Positions 7,889-16,547 of a stretch of DNA of 33,026 nt are shown here, in pieces. The stretch spans positions 1 through 33,026 of IMG/VR virus record IMGVR_UViG_3300047314_000370. One strand, 5' to 3'. This DNA is from a virus. Lineage: Duplodnaviria; Caudoviricetes. Position numbers and translations under genes: made by a program. Position 1 is the first letter of the stretch, and every line of letters begins with the position of its first letter. A model generated the notes under the pieces. That model searched no databases. It had not been told where the DNA came from and saw only the letters and a list, made by a program, of their open reading frames with translations.

Positions 7889-8464
7889 ACCATTCTCTGT
7901 TTTTGAAAAGGAGTTCTAATGAATAAGTTTCTCGCCTGGATCATTCCGCTTTCCCAGGAAGCACATCCGGAGCATCCGATCGTGTTACCGCCCGATCAGC
8001 CGCCGACCATCTGGCCGTCACCGGGCGTTCCCACGCATCCGATTTATTACCCGCCGACGCCTACCCATCCGATTTATTACCCAACGGTGCCCACGCATCC
8101 TATCGTGATCCCGCCGGAACCGCCCAGTGGTGGTACAGGGCCGGTCTATCCATCGCATCCGATTTACTGGCCGCCGGTTCCGACACATCCCATCTACTGG
8201 CCAACGGTTCCCACGCATCCCATCGTGCTTCCCCCGCAACCCCCTTCGGGTGGCGGCAGTGGTGGTGGCGAAGGCGGCACCGTCGAGAATCCAATCAATC
8301 GCCCGCCCAGTGATGATCCGCGCTGGTTACAGGTGTACGTTCCCGGCCTTGGTTGGGTCTGGGCGCTAGTCCCTCCAGAGGGCCATAAGCCGCAAGTTAA
8401 TCCTCTCGCCGAGGAGAAACCGGCTGAGGAATGAAGCGCTGCTGACGCTGGCGCTGTGGCTGCA
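7865..8464 (+). repeat. 20-bp exact direct repeat ACGCTGGCGCTGTGGCTGCA (7865-7884, 8445-8464)
   Basis: Read directly; flanks the Pro-rich gene. Confidence 0.9.
7919..8434 (+). CDS. Pro/His-rich repeat protein (P-T/S/E-H-P-I repeats)
   Basis: AAGGAG SD; seven PxHPI units plus a C-terminal VYVPGLGWVW motif. Confidence 0.8.
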   Translation: MNKFLAWIIPLSQEAHPEHPIVLPPDQPPTIWPSPGVPTHPIYYPPTPTHPIYYPTVPTHPIVIPPEPPSGGTGPVYPSHPIYWPPVPTHPIYWPTVPTHPIVLPPQPPSGGGSGGGEGGTVENPINRPPSDDPRWLQVYVPGLGWVWALVPPEGHKPQVNPLAEEKPAEE

Positions 8465-8468
8465 TTAG

Positions 8469-8666
8469 ATGCCTGACTGGAACGCGGTTGCTTGCGCCGC
8501 TTATGAGGCGTATGCCTATATCGCGCGGGCTGAGGCGCAACTGTTGCCGGTGCCCGAATGGGAAGACCTGCCGCCGCGCTTACAGGATGCCTATCGCGAA
8601 GCGGTAAAGGTGGCCTGCGAACTGTGCGGCAGCACTGTAACTCGAAAGGAAGAACAAAATGCCTAG
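8469..8666 (+). CDS. hypothetical phage protein
   Basis: AYEAY...PEWEDLP...QDAYREAV helical motif; overlaps the next start. Confidence 0.65.
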   Translation: MPDWNAVACAAYEAYAYIARAEAQLLPVPEWEDLPPRLQDAYREAVKVACELCGSTVTRKEEQNA

Positions 8667-9105
8667 ACTCGTATTTCTTGGCGATGCGGTATCGTTCTTA
8701 GGACCCAACGGCGGCGGTCCCTTTGCGGCCTTCGTGATGGGCACGTACCCGGACGGCTCGGCGGACCTGCATGTGCTCAATGGCTACGTGCAGGGCACGA
8801 CCGACATCCAGAAAGCACCGCAGTCGGATGACGGTACGCCGGGCACCTTCTGGTACACCAGAGGCGCGAAAGGTGCGGGACTCCTGGCGCAGCCGCTCAA
8901 CGATTCGACGGACACCACGGTCGCGCTCGAGAATGGCTCGGACGTGGCAGCGGTGGGCGACAATCTGCTGATCGATCAGGAGTACATGACGGTCACGGCC
9001 ATCATCAACGCCAATAACCTGACCGTCGCTCGCGCGCAGGGCGGCTCGGCGATCGCGGTACACAACCCGCCCGCGGTGGTCAAGATCGGCGTATCGTTCC
9101 CGTAA
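8659..9105 (+). CDS. putative virion/decoration protein
   Basis: N-terminal domain paralogous to 7473..7754; C-terminal IDQEYMTVT...LTVARAQGGS..A.H beta domain typical of phage structural proteins. Confidence 0.7.
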   Translation: MPRLVFLGDAVSFLGPNGGGPFAAFVMGTYPDGSADLHVLNGYVQGTTDIQKAPQSDDGTPGTFWYTRGAKGAGLLAQPLNDSTDTTVALENGSDVAAVGDNLLIDQEYMTVTAIINANNLTVARAQGGSAIAVHNPPAVVKIGVSFP

Positions 9106-9111
9106 GTTTTT

Positions 9112-10029
9112 ATGGCAGACGAAACAACACCACCACAACCACCGGCCGAGATCACCAACTTTGCCCAGTTCGAAGCCGCGGGTGGCAAATACAATGCACC
9201 GGCGGAACCGGCCAAACCCGCTGCGCCCGCAGAACCGGTAGAAGCGGTCGAAGCGAATCCGGAAGCGGAAACGGCCGAGCAGCCGGAAGCAGATAAGACC
9301 GAAAAGAAGCCGCCTAAACCTAAGCCGTCGCTCTCGGAAGAGCACGCCAAACTGCTCAAGGAAGTCACCGAATTACGCCGGCAGCGCCGCGAACTGCAGG
9401 CCCCGGCGGGACGGCCAACGAGCGACCAGCCGCTAGAGACGCAGCCCCCACAGGGTGCGGCCCAGCCGGACGACAAGCCGGTGCGGCCGAAGCTCTCGAC
9501 ATTTCAAGGAACACTCGAGGAGTACGAAGCGGAGGTTGAAAAGTACGAGGAGAAGCAGCGCGCTTACATCGAGCGGCAATGGGAACGCAAGCAATCGGAG
9601 CAGCAGGCTAAGGCGACGCAGCAGAAGGTCACCGAGGTCTACGGGCAGAAGCTCGCCGAGCATCTGAAGGAACACCCGGAGTACGACGCCGAGATTGCGC
9701 AGACGCCAATGTCGCCGCTGATGGTCGACATCGTGCTGCACGAAGGCCCGGCGCTCGGGCAGGCCCTGATCGAGGACAAGGACGAGGCGCGCAGGATTCA
9801 AGTGCTGCCGCGCGATATCCAGATCTTTGAAATGGGCAAGCTCGCCGCGCATCTTCGCTCGAATGGCGCCCTCCCGGAAGCTTCACTCCAAACGCCGCAA
9901 CCCGTGAAAGTGCCCGCACGCCTGAATGCGACGGGCTCGAGTGTATCGGCGGCCGCCAAGCCCGACCACGGTGCCAAAAGTTTCGCGCAGTGGGAAGAAG
10001 TAGAGCGTCGTTTGGCGAAGCGCAAGTAA
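9112..10029 (+). CDS. capsid scaffolding protein
   Basis: Acidic Pro-rich N-terminus, coiled coils, basic C-terminal helix; immediately upstream of coat. Confidence 0.8.
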   Translation: MADETTPPQPPAEITNFAQFEAAGGKYNAPAEPAKPAAPAEPVEAVEANPEAETAEQPEADKTEKKPPKPKPSLSEEHAKLLKEVTELRRQRRELQAPAGRPTSDQPLETQPPQGAAQPDDKPVRPKLSTFQGTLEEYEAEVEKYEEKQRAYIERQWERKQSEQQAKATQQKVTEVYGQKLAEHLKEHPEYDAEIAQTPMSPLMVDIVLHEGPALGQALIEDKDEARRIQVLPRDIQIFEMGKLAAHLRSNGALPEASLQTPQPVKVPARLNATGSSVSAAAKPDHGAKSFAQWEEVERRLAKRK

Positions 10030-10162
10030 CGAATTTCGGCCCGTTCTGAGCCGTAATCAGAGCACCTCAGTTTTCCACAGGACACTGTAAAAATCCTTGG
10101 TTCCGAAACAAATGCAGACCCGGAGACTGCCAGCGTGACGACTTCAACCAAAGGATTAAGAA

Positions 10163-11395
10163 ATGCCCAATACCTTCGTAAACACGCAGGTGGTGCTCTG
10201 GAAGACACTTGCACGATGGAAGAATAATTTAAAATTCGCGCGCAACGTCGATCACTCCTACAGTGACGAGTTCGGCGCAATTGTCGGCTCCCACAACAAA
10301 GCCGGTCAAACCGTTCAGATTCCCAAACCGCAACGATTCACGGTCAGCGCCAGCCAGGCCGCGGTGTTTCAGGGGATTACCAATCTGGTCACACCCTTGA
10401 CGATGTCGATTCAGGCGAACGTAGCGTATCAGCTTTCTTCCGCCGAACGGTTCTTAAATGCGGATCACATGTACGAGAAATACGGCAAACCGGCCGCCGA
10501 CGCCTTAAGCAACTACGTCGATTACCAGGCGTTCTCCTTCGCGGTGAACACCTGCCCGAACTCTGTGGGCACGCCCGGTACGCCACCCACCGACAACGGC
10601 ATCTATATCGATGCCGGAGTGATGCTCGACAACTTCGACTGTCCGATGAACACGCAGGACCGCATGGTCATCGTCTCACCGGCGATGATGGCGAACGCGG
10701 TCAAGAAAGACCAAGCGCTCTTTCACGCGGGCCAGGAAATCGAGCAGCAATATCGAACCGGAAGCATTGGCGAGGCGCACGGTCTGCAGTGGTTTAAATC
10801 GCAGAATACGCCGACCACGACCGCTCCGACCTACGCCGGAGCACCGGTCGTGTCGGGCGGGAGCCAGACCGGTTCAACTCTCGTCACCAGCGGCTGGACC
10901 TCCGGGTCCTTGCCTGCGGGCACACGCTTCACGATTGGCTCGGGAGCGACCGCGGTCAATACCGTCAACGCGCAGTCCCGCCAGTCGATCGGCGCTTTGC
11001 AGTCGTTCGTCGTGACCACGACCACGGCGCTCACTTCCGGTAACATCTCGATCCCGGTCTATCCGGCCATGACGAGCACCGGGCAATATCAAAACATCAG
11101 CCAGGCGCCGCCAGCCGGGGCAGTACTCAACGTCTGGGTGGCCTCCGGCGGAACGGCACCGATCACGACGGGGCTTGCGTTTCATGAGAAAGCGTACGCC
11201 GTGGTCTACGGAAAGCTCGATGTGCCCGACAAAGGCGTGATCGAGGCCTTCGGCGACACCGATCCGGAGACGGGCGCGTACATGCGCTACATGCAGTATC
11301 TGGACGGCGACAACGATCAGTGGAAGGTCCGCTGGGACATTCTATTTGGGTACGGAGCCCTCTATCCAGAATGGGCCTGCGTGGTGAGTTCTTAG
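10163..11395 (+). CDS. major capsid protein, P22 coat family
   Basis: MPNTF..., K.GQTVQIPKPQRF, LAFHEKAY, RWDILFGY...PEWAC C-terminus. Confidence 0.93.
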   Translation: MPNTFVNTQVVLWKTLARWKNNLKFARNVDHSYSDEFGAIVGSHNKAGQTVQIPKPQRFTVSASQAAVFQGITNLVTPLTMSIQANVAYQLSSAERFLNADHMYEKYGKPAADALSNYVDYQAFSFAVNTCPNSVGTPGTPPTDNGIYIDAGVMLDNFDCPMNTQDRMVIVSPAMMANAVKKDQALFHAGQEIEQQYRTGSIGEAHGLQWFKSQNTPTTTAPTYAGAPVVSGGSQTGSTLVTSGWTSGSLPAGTRFTIGSGATAVNTVNAQSRQSIGALQSFVVTTTTALTSGNISIPVYPAMTSTGQYQNISQAPPAGAVLNVWVASGGTAPITTGLAFHEKAYAVVYGKLDVPDKGVIEAFGDTDPETGAYMRYMQYLDGDNDQWKVRWDILFGYGALYPEWACVVSS

Positions 11396-11408
11396 TACAA
11401 GTTTCAAC

Positions 11409-11488
11409 GGCGGGAGAGGCGGTCCAGTTCCTTAACCTCCAGAACGAGCGATATGACCCTATCTCGTTTGCCCCTCCCGCCCTTTTTT
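11409..11488 (+). terminator. intrinsic terminator-like stem with large structured loop after the coat gene
   Basis: GGCGGGAGAGGC (11409-11420) pairs with GCCCCTCCCGCC (11470-11481, one mismatch), followed by a T6 tract. Confidence 0.6.
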
Positions 11489-11505
11489 GAAAAGGAGACC
11501 TTTCT

Positions 11506-11889
11506 ATGCCGGACAACGTGCGAGCGCTGGGCTCGACCCGTGATGCGATCCGCGAATTCTTCGCAGCGGAGCGCCGCAACTCCGAGAAGATCGAAAAATA
11601 TAACCGCGGCCTGACGGAAGACGAGGAGCTGCCGCCCTACGTCCATCAGGAGTATCCGAAGGCCATGTATCCGCTGGGATACCCGCAGGAAGAGCCCGTC
11701 GTCGCCAACGACCTGCGCGAAGAGCAGCAGCGGATGGCAGCAGGCTATTATCCGTCGCTCGGCGCACAGCAAGAGGCGCGCGAGGCATTCGAAGCGCAGT
11801 TGGCGCAACCGGACGAAATGGATGAGGAAGAGAGCATGAGTGTGCCCTCGAGGGGTGAGGGCGGACGGTTCCGCAAGAAGACGGCCTAA
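11506..11889 (+). CDS. hypothetical phage protein downstream of coat
   Basis: AAGGAG SD; QEYPKAMY...VVANDLREE motif. Confidence 0.75.
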   Translation: MPDNVRALGSTRDAIREFFAAERRNSEKIEKYNRGLTEDEELPPYVHQEYPKAMYPLGYPQEEPVVANDLREEQQRMAAGYYPSLGAQQEAREAFEAQLAQPDEMDEEESMSVPSRGEGGRFRKKTA

Positions 11890-11902
11890 GAGAGCGGAGT
11901 AC

Positions 11903-12694
11903 ATGAGCGGATCTACTTATCTTGATCTGTTGACCCAAGCTGCCGGAGAACTGAACCTGAACGCGCTCGGCGACGACCTGAGCGCCAGTCCGGATCTGGC
12001 ACAGCGGCTGCTCGACCGGCTGACCTGGATGGTCGATAGCTGGAATCTGAAGCCGACGGTGGTGCCGTGGTATCAGCAGCAGGTCTTCAATCTGGTGGCA
12101 GGGCAGCAGTCGTATTTGATCGGACCGAATGCGCCCGATTGGAATGCGCCCCGGCCGATTCGATTGCATCCGCAGGCGAGTAATTTACTGCTCACCAACC
12201 CACCGTACGGGCAGGGCAATAATCCAGTGCGCTTGTATCTCGCGGTATTGACGGTCGAGCAGTGGGCGTATATCTCCACACCGCTCTTGCAGAGCGCCTT
12301 TCCACAGGCGCTGTATCTCGATCGCTCGGTGGTCACGGGAAGCAACCTGGGACAACCTTACACGGCGTCGCGCATCTGGGTGTGGTACACGCCGAACGTG
12401 GTCAACCAGATCGAATTGTTTTACTGGCAGGCTTTGACTGTAGGAAATCTCAACGATCCGGTGAATGCAGCTCCCGGCTACTTTCGTGCGATGTTCTTAA
12501 ACCTGGCCGTTGAGATCGCGCCCGGCTTCGGCATCACGCCCAATGCGATCACGCTACGGAATGCCGCGGATTCCCTCGGCGACATCAAGGAACTGAACGC
12601 GCCGGATATGCGCATGAGAGTTGACCCGGGAATGCCGAATACGCCCGGAGCACATTACCTCACGAAGGCGCAGTTTTTGAGCGGAGAGTTTTAG
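11903..12694 (+). CDS. head-to-tail adaptor, P22 gp4-like
   Basis: GGAG SD; L..L..MVDSW and PGYFRAMFLNLAVEIAPGFG motifs; gene position. Confidence 0.8.
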   Translation: MSGSTYLDLLTQAAGELNLNALGDDLSASPDLAQRLLDRLTWMVDSWNLKPTVVPWYQQQVFNLVAGQQSYLIGPNAPDWNAPRPIRLHPQASNLLLTNPPYGQGNNPVRLYLAVLTVEQWAYISTPLLQSAFPQALYLDRSVVTGSNLGQPYTASRIWVWYTPNVVNQIELFYWQALTVGNLNDPVNAAPGYFRAMFLNLAVEIAPGFGITPNAITLRNAADSLGDIKELNAPDMRMRVDPGMPNTPGAHYLTKAQFLSGEF

Positions 12695-14277
12695 TGGCGC
12701 TCATGGACTTACCCGGCGCCATCGGCGCCACGTACACGGGAATTTCTGCCGCGGTTTCCGGCGAACGCTGCGTCAACCTGGTCCCGGAGCGCGTGGAAGG
12801 GAACGGCAAATCCACCTACTACTACACCTATGCGCCGGGGTTAAGCAGCCCGGTGGCGGTCATCGGTGGCACGCCGGTCTCGATTGCCGATAACTCGGTT
12901 CTCGTGGGCGTGGGCGTTGCCTGCAACGGCACCGTGCTCGATCCGCAAGGCTTCTATGGCGTTGCCTGCAACGGCACGCTGGTGGCGGGCCCCGGAACCA
13001 GTAGCGGCGTGATGGCCGCCGTATACATCAACGGCAGACGCTTCTTCATCGTGGCGGACGAACTGTACGAACTCACCGGTTCTGCTCCGCCGTTCACCGC
13101 AGTAGCGCTCGGCCCGACCGGGCCCGTGATTGGTCCCTATGTGCGCTACTCGCTCGGCGTCAACATCCGGGGCAATCAGCTGTGTATCGCTTCGAACAAC
13201 GTCACCAGCGTTTTTGATCTGACGACGAATACGTTCCATGCGACGGTCTCGACGCCCGAACCGCTCATCCAGGTGGACGAACTCGACGGCTACTTTATTG
13301 GCTTGGCATCCAGTGGCAACTTCTACATCTCCGCGTATCAGGATGGCACCAGTTGGGGTGCGCTTGATTTTGCCTTCGAGCAGACGCCCGATCTCACGAT
13401 GGCGCTCAAAGTGGTGAACCGCCGCGTGATGATGTTTGGATCGAACCACATTGAAAGCTATGTCGATTCCGGCGATCCGTTGTTCCCGCTGACGCGCGAC
13501 CAGTCGGTCTACGTCGAGTGTGGCGCTTACCGGAATTCGCTGTTGATTTCCGATAACATGATTTTCGGTATTGCCGTCAATTCACTCGGTTCTGCCTGGG
13601 CCTTCCGCTTGAATGGTGTCACGCCGGAGCGTATCTCCACGCACGCGGTCGAGACAAGCTGGCAGTCGTATGCGACGGTACGCGACGCATCGGCACGCTC
13701 GTATCAAGAGAACGGGCACACGTTTATCTGCTGGAACTTTCCTGCCGCGAATAAGACCTGGGTCTATGACGTCGCCACCGGCATGTGGACGGAACGCGGT
13801 GTCTGGAACGGCACGAGTTGGGACCGTGATTGGGCCGAAGTGCATATCTATGACGCAGCGCTGCAATTGCATTTAGTCGGCGATTACCGCAACTCGAGCA
13901 TCTACCAGCAGGGGCAGCAGTATTATGATTTCAACGGGACGCCCATCTACTGGTCCCGACGTTTCCCGCACGTCAACACGGACCAGTCAGGCGTCATTTA
14001 CGACCTGGTCCGGCTGATCTGCCAGACGGGCGTCTCGGGATCACTACCGGCCGCCACGCCTGCCACCATCACACTCGCCAAATCGGAGGATGGCGGATAT
14101 ACCTGGACAACACCGCTGCGGCCGCTATCGATGGGCGCCGCGGGTGCCTACAACAAGCGGCTCGATTGGCGGGCGCTCGGGTATGCGACCGATCGAGTCT
14201 TCGAACTCTCGGGCCACGATCCGATCCCGCTGGCGCTGATTGCGCTCAAAGGCGAAGTGCGCCCCTGCTCCAGCTAA
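12694..14277 (+). CDS. packaged DNA stabilisation / tail hub protein, P22 gp10-like
   Basis: ERCVNL.PE, LDGYFI, RISTHAVE, YQENGHTF, TWVYDVATGMWTER, SEDGGYTW, R..WRALG..DRVFE. Confidence 0.88.
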   Translation: MALMDLPGAIGATYTGISAAVSGERCVNLVPERVEGNGKSTYYYTYAPGLSSPVAVIGGTPVSIADNSVLVGVGVACNGTVLDPQGFYGVACNGTLVAGPGTSSGVMAAVYINGRRFFIVADELYELTGSAPPFTAVALGPTGPVIGPYVRYSLGVNIRGNQLCIASNNVTSVFDLTTNTFHATVSTPEPLIQVDELDGYFIGLASSGNFYISAYQDGTSWGALDFAFEQTPDLTMALKVVNRRVMMFGSNHIESYVDSGDPLFPLTRDQSVYVECGAYRNSLLISDNMIFGIAVNSLGSAWAFRLNGVTPERISTHAVETSWQSYATVRDASARSYQENGHTFICWNFPAANKTWVYDVATGMWTERGVWNGTSWDRDWAEVHIYDAALQLHLVGDYRNSSIYQQGQQYYDFNGTPIYWSRRFPHVNTDQSGVIYDLVRLICQTGVSGSLPAATPATITLAKSEDGGYTWTTPLRPLSMGAAGAYNKRLDWRALGYATDRVFELSGHDPIPLALIALKGEVRPCSS

Positions 14278-14775
14278 ATGCATTTCTGGTCCTATCAAAC
14301 GGTCTATCCGTGGTCGCGCACGGATGGCACACTCACCGATCAGTCGCGCCTCTGGCTCAATGCCTTGTACAACACGGTATCGACCGCCGGTCATGGGCCC
14401 GTGCAGTTGGGCGGCGATATCGGCGGAACCTCCACCACGCCGCTGGTGATCGGGCTACAGGGAAACCCTATCTCCACGGCGGTGCCGACCAATGGTCAGG
14501 TGCTGACCTGGGTCGCGACGGATGGCAAGTGGGAGCCGAAGGCCCCCGCCGCGTCTTCGGCGGTGGTGGTTCGCGAGAACCCCAGCGGCACGATGGACGG
14601 AACGAACAAAGCCTTTACGTTGAGCTTTGCGCCGAACCCTGCGGCCTCGCTCACGCTCTATCTAAACGGAGTCGAGCAGGTTTCGGCGTTCGATTTTACG
14701 ATTGCAGGTGCGGCCATTAACTATGCGGTCGCGCCGAAAGCAACGGACCTGATGGTAGCGCAATATACGCACTGA
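14278..14775 (+). CDS. tail needle/fibre-associated protein
   Basis: Position after gp10; GGDIGGT..P.V.GLQG and PTNGQVLTW fibre-type motifs; C-terminal DGTNKAFTL...YLNGVEQ domain. Confidence 0.65.
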   Translation: MHFWSYQTVYPWSRTDGTLTDQSRLWLNALYNTVSTAGHGPVQLGGDIGGTSTTPLVIGLQGNPISTAVPTNGQVLTWVATDGKWEPKAPAASSAVVVRENPSGTMDGTNKAFTLSFAPNPAASLTLYLNGVEQVSAFDFTIAGAAINYAVAPKATDLMVAQYTH

Positions 14776-14776
14776 T

Positions 14777-16537
14777 ATGCCAGCGCATAGCTACTGGCGA
14801 TTGCTGATTTACGGGCCGAAAGGTCAGGATGTAGCGATCACCGAGTGGAAATTCTTCGATTCCGGTTCCACCCAGATCGCCACGACGGGCGGCACGCCTT
14901 TATCCTCAAGCAACAACGGCGGCGAGGGACCGGCCAACGCCTTCGACGGGAATACGTCCACAATTTGGACGCCGAACCCTGCACCCAACTTCGCGAATCC
15001 GCAGTGGTTGCGCTATCAGTTTCCGTCCGCAGTAACGCCCGCGACGTATTCCATTCAAAATAGAAATGCCAGTTCGCCGCTCTGGGCACCGGATAGCTGG
15101 AGTCTACAGTCGTCTGATGACGGCACGACCTGGACGACGGTTGGTAATTACAGTGCCGCGTGGACGACGCCGCTACAGACGCAGACCTTTACGGTCGGCG
15201 CGTATGGGTTGGGCGACTGGTACCGGCTGCTGATTACCTCTGTCGCTTCCGGCTCAAATCACTGCCGCATCGGACAGATTGTATTCAAAGATGCCTCGGG
15301 CACGGCGATCTCGCTGGTCAACGGCTTCTCCAATGCCTCGACCTGCATTGTGGGCGCGGACAACGGATCGGCGGATGCCTTCGACGGATTACCGGCATCG
15401 GGTCAGTGGGAATCGAACAATAACCCCACTCCCGGCAGCCCGGAATGGATCGGCTATCGATTCTTTGCGTCTGCGGCAGTGGTCTCGTTCGATCTCTACG
15501 CGGGTAACGATTTTCTCTTCAACAATGCGCCGCTGAATTTCAGCTTGCAGAAGTCAACGGACGGCGGCACGACCTGGGTTACTGTGGGCGCGTATACCGC
15601 GGCGACCTGGACGCAGGGAGCGAAGCAGACCTTTGGCGTTGCCTCCATCTCCGTTTCGCCTGCTACAGCGGCACAGGGCGCGGCGACCACGTTGACCATC
15701 ACCGGCACCAGCACACACTTCGTATCGGGCACAACGACGGTGAGTTTCAGCGGCACGGGCATTACGGTGGGCACGATCACGGTGGCCTCCGCGACCAGCC
15801 TGACGGCGGCGATTACGATTTCACCCACCGCCGCAACGGGCGCCTATACCATCACCGTAACAACCGGCAGTGAAGCGCCCACGACTGGTTTTACGCTGAC
15901 CGCCGGCGTATTTCAGCGCGGCAATATCGATTACGACCAGGTCCGCACGGCGGCCCGGCAGGGAGCCGGCAGCAAGTTCCAGATGTTCGCCGGCGGCACG
16001 ATTACGGCGGGGCACGCTGCGGTCTATGATGTGAACGGGAATGTCACGGACGGGGGCGCCGCCGCTGGCACCGTCACCAGCATCGCGCTGACCATGCCGA
16101 CCGAGTTCGCCGTCGCGGGCTCGCCCGTCACCAGCAACGGCACCTTCGCCATCACGAAGAACAACGAGGCGGCGAATACCTTCTGGGGCGCGCCCAACGG
16201 AGCAGCGGGAGTTCCCGTGTTCCGTCCCCTCGTCATGGCGGACCTGCCGTCCGCAGTCGGAACCGGAACTGTCACCAGCGTGGGCTTGTCGCTGCCGGCA
16301 GAGTTCACGGTCACCGGTTCACCGGTTACCACCAGCGGCACGCTCACCGTGACGAAAGCAAACGAGACCGCAAACACGGTCTGGGCTGGGCCGTCTTCGG
16401 GCGGATCCGCGGCACCGGCGTTCCGGGCGCTGGCTGCGGCCGATCTCCCGGCAGCCTCCAGCATCTCCGTCAACGGGACGCTGGTTGCCAACGTAGTAAA
16501 CGCACCGCTCCTGGTCAACGGGATCGCGATTCCCTAG
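14777..16537 (+). CDS. tail fibre / receptor-binding protein with two discoidin (F5/8 type C)-like domains, an Ig-like domain and two GTVTS repeats
   Basis: Two copies of AFDG...W...P.W..Y.F...AP..W/F.LQ.S.DG.TW; Thr-rich Ig-like block; duplicated ~60-aa GTVTS...FR.L..ADLP unit. Confidence 0.8.
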   Translation: MPAHSYWRLLIYGPKGQDVAITEWKFFDSGSTQIATTGGTPLSSSNNGGEGPANAFDGNTSTIWTPNPAPNFANPQWLRYQFPSAVTPATYSIQNRNASSPLWAPDSWSLQSSDDGTTWTTVGNYSAAWTTPLQTQTFTVGAYGLGDWYRLLITSVASGSNHCRIGQIVFKDASGTAISLVNGFSNASTCIVGADNGSADAFDGLPASGQWESNNNPTPGSPEWIGYRFFASAAVVSFDLYAGNDFLFNNAPLNFSLQKSTDGGTTWVTVGAYTAATWTQGAKQTFGVASISVSPATAAQGAATTLTITGTSTHFVSGTTTVSFSGTGITVGTITVASATSLTAAITISPTAATGAYTITVTTGSEAPTTGFTLTAGVFQRGNIDYDQVRTAARQGAGSKFQMFAGGTITAGHAAVYDVNGNVTDGGAAAGTVTSIALTMPTEFAVAGSPVTSNGTFAITKNNEAANTFWGAPNGAAGVPVFRPLVMADLPSAVGTGTVTSVGLSLPAEFTVTGSPVTTSGTLTVTKANETANTVWAGPSSGGSAAPAFRALAAADLPAASSISVNGTLVANVVNAPLLVNGIAIP

Positions 16538-16547
16538 AGAGAAAAAT

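Noticed and set aside
8020-8240. CRISPR-like array
   Set aside because: The repeats are in-frame codon repeats of PTHPI with no unique spacers and no cas genes.
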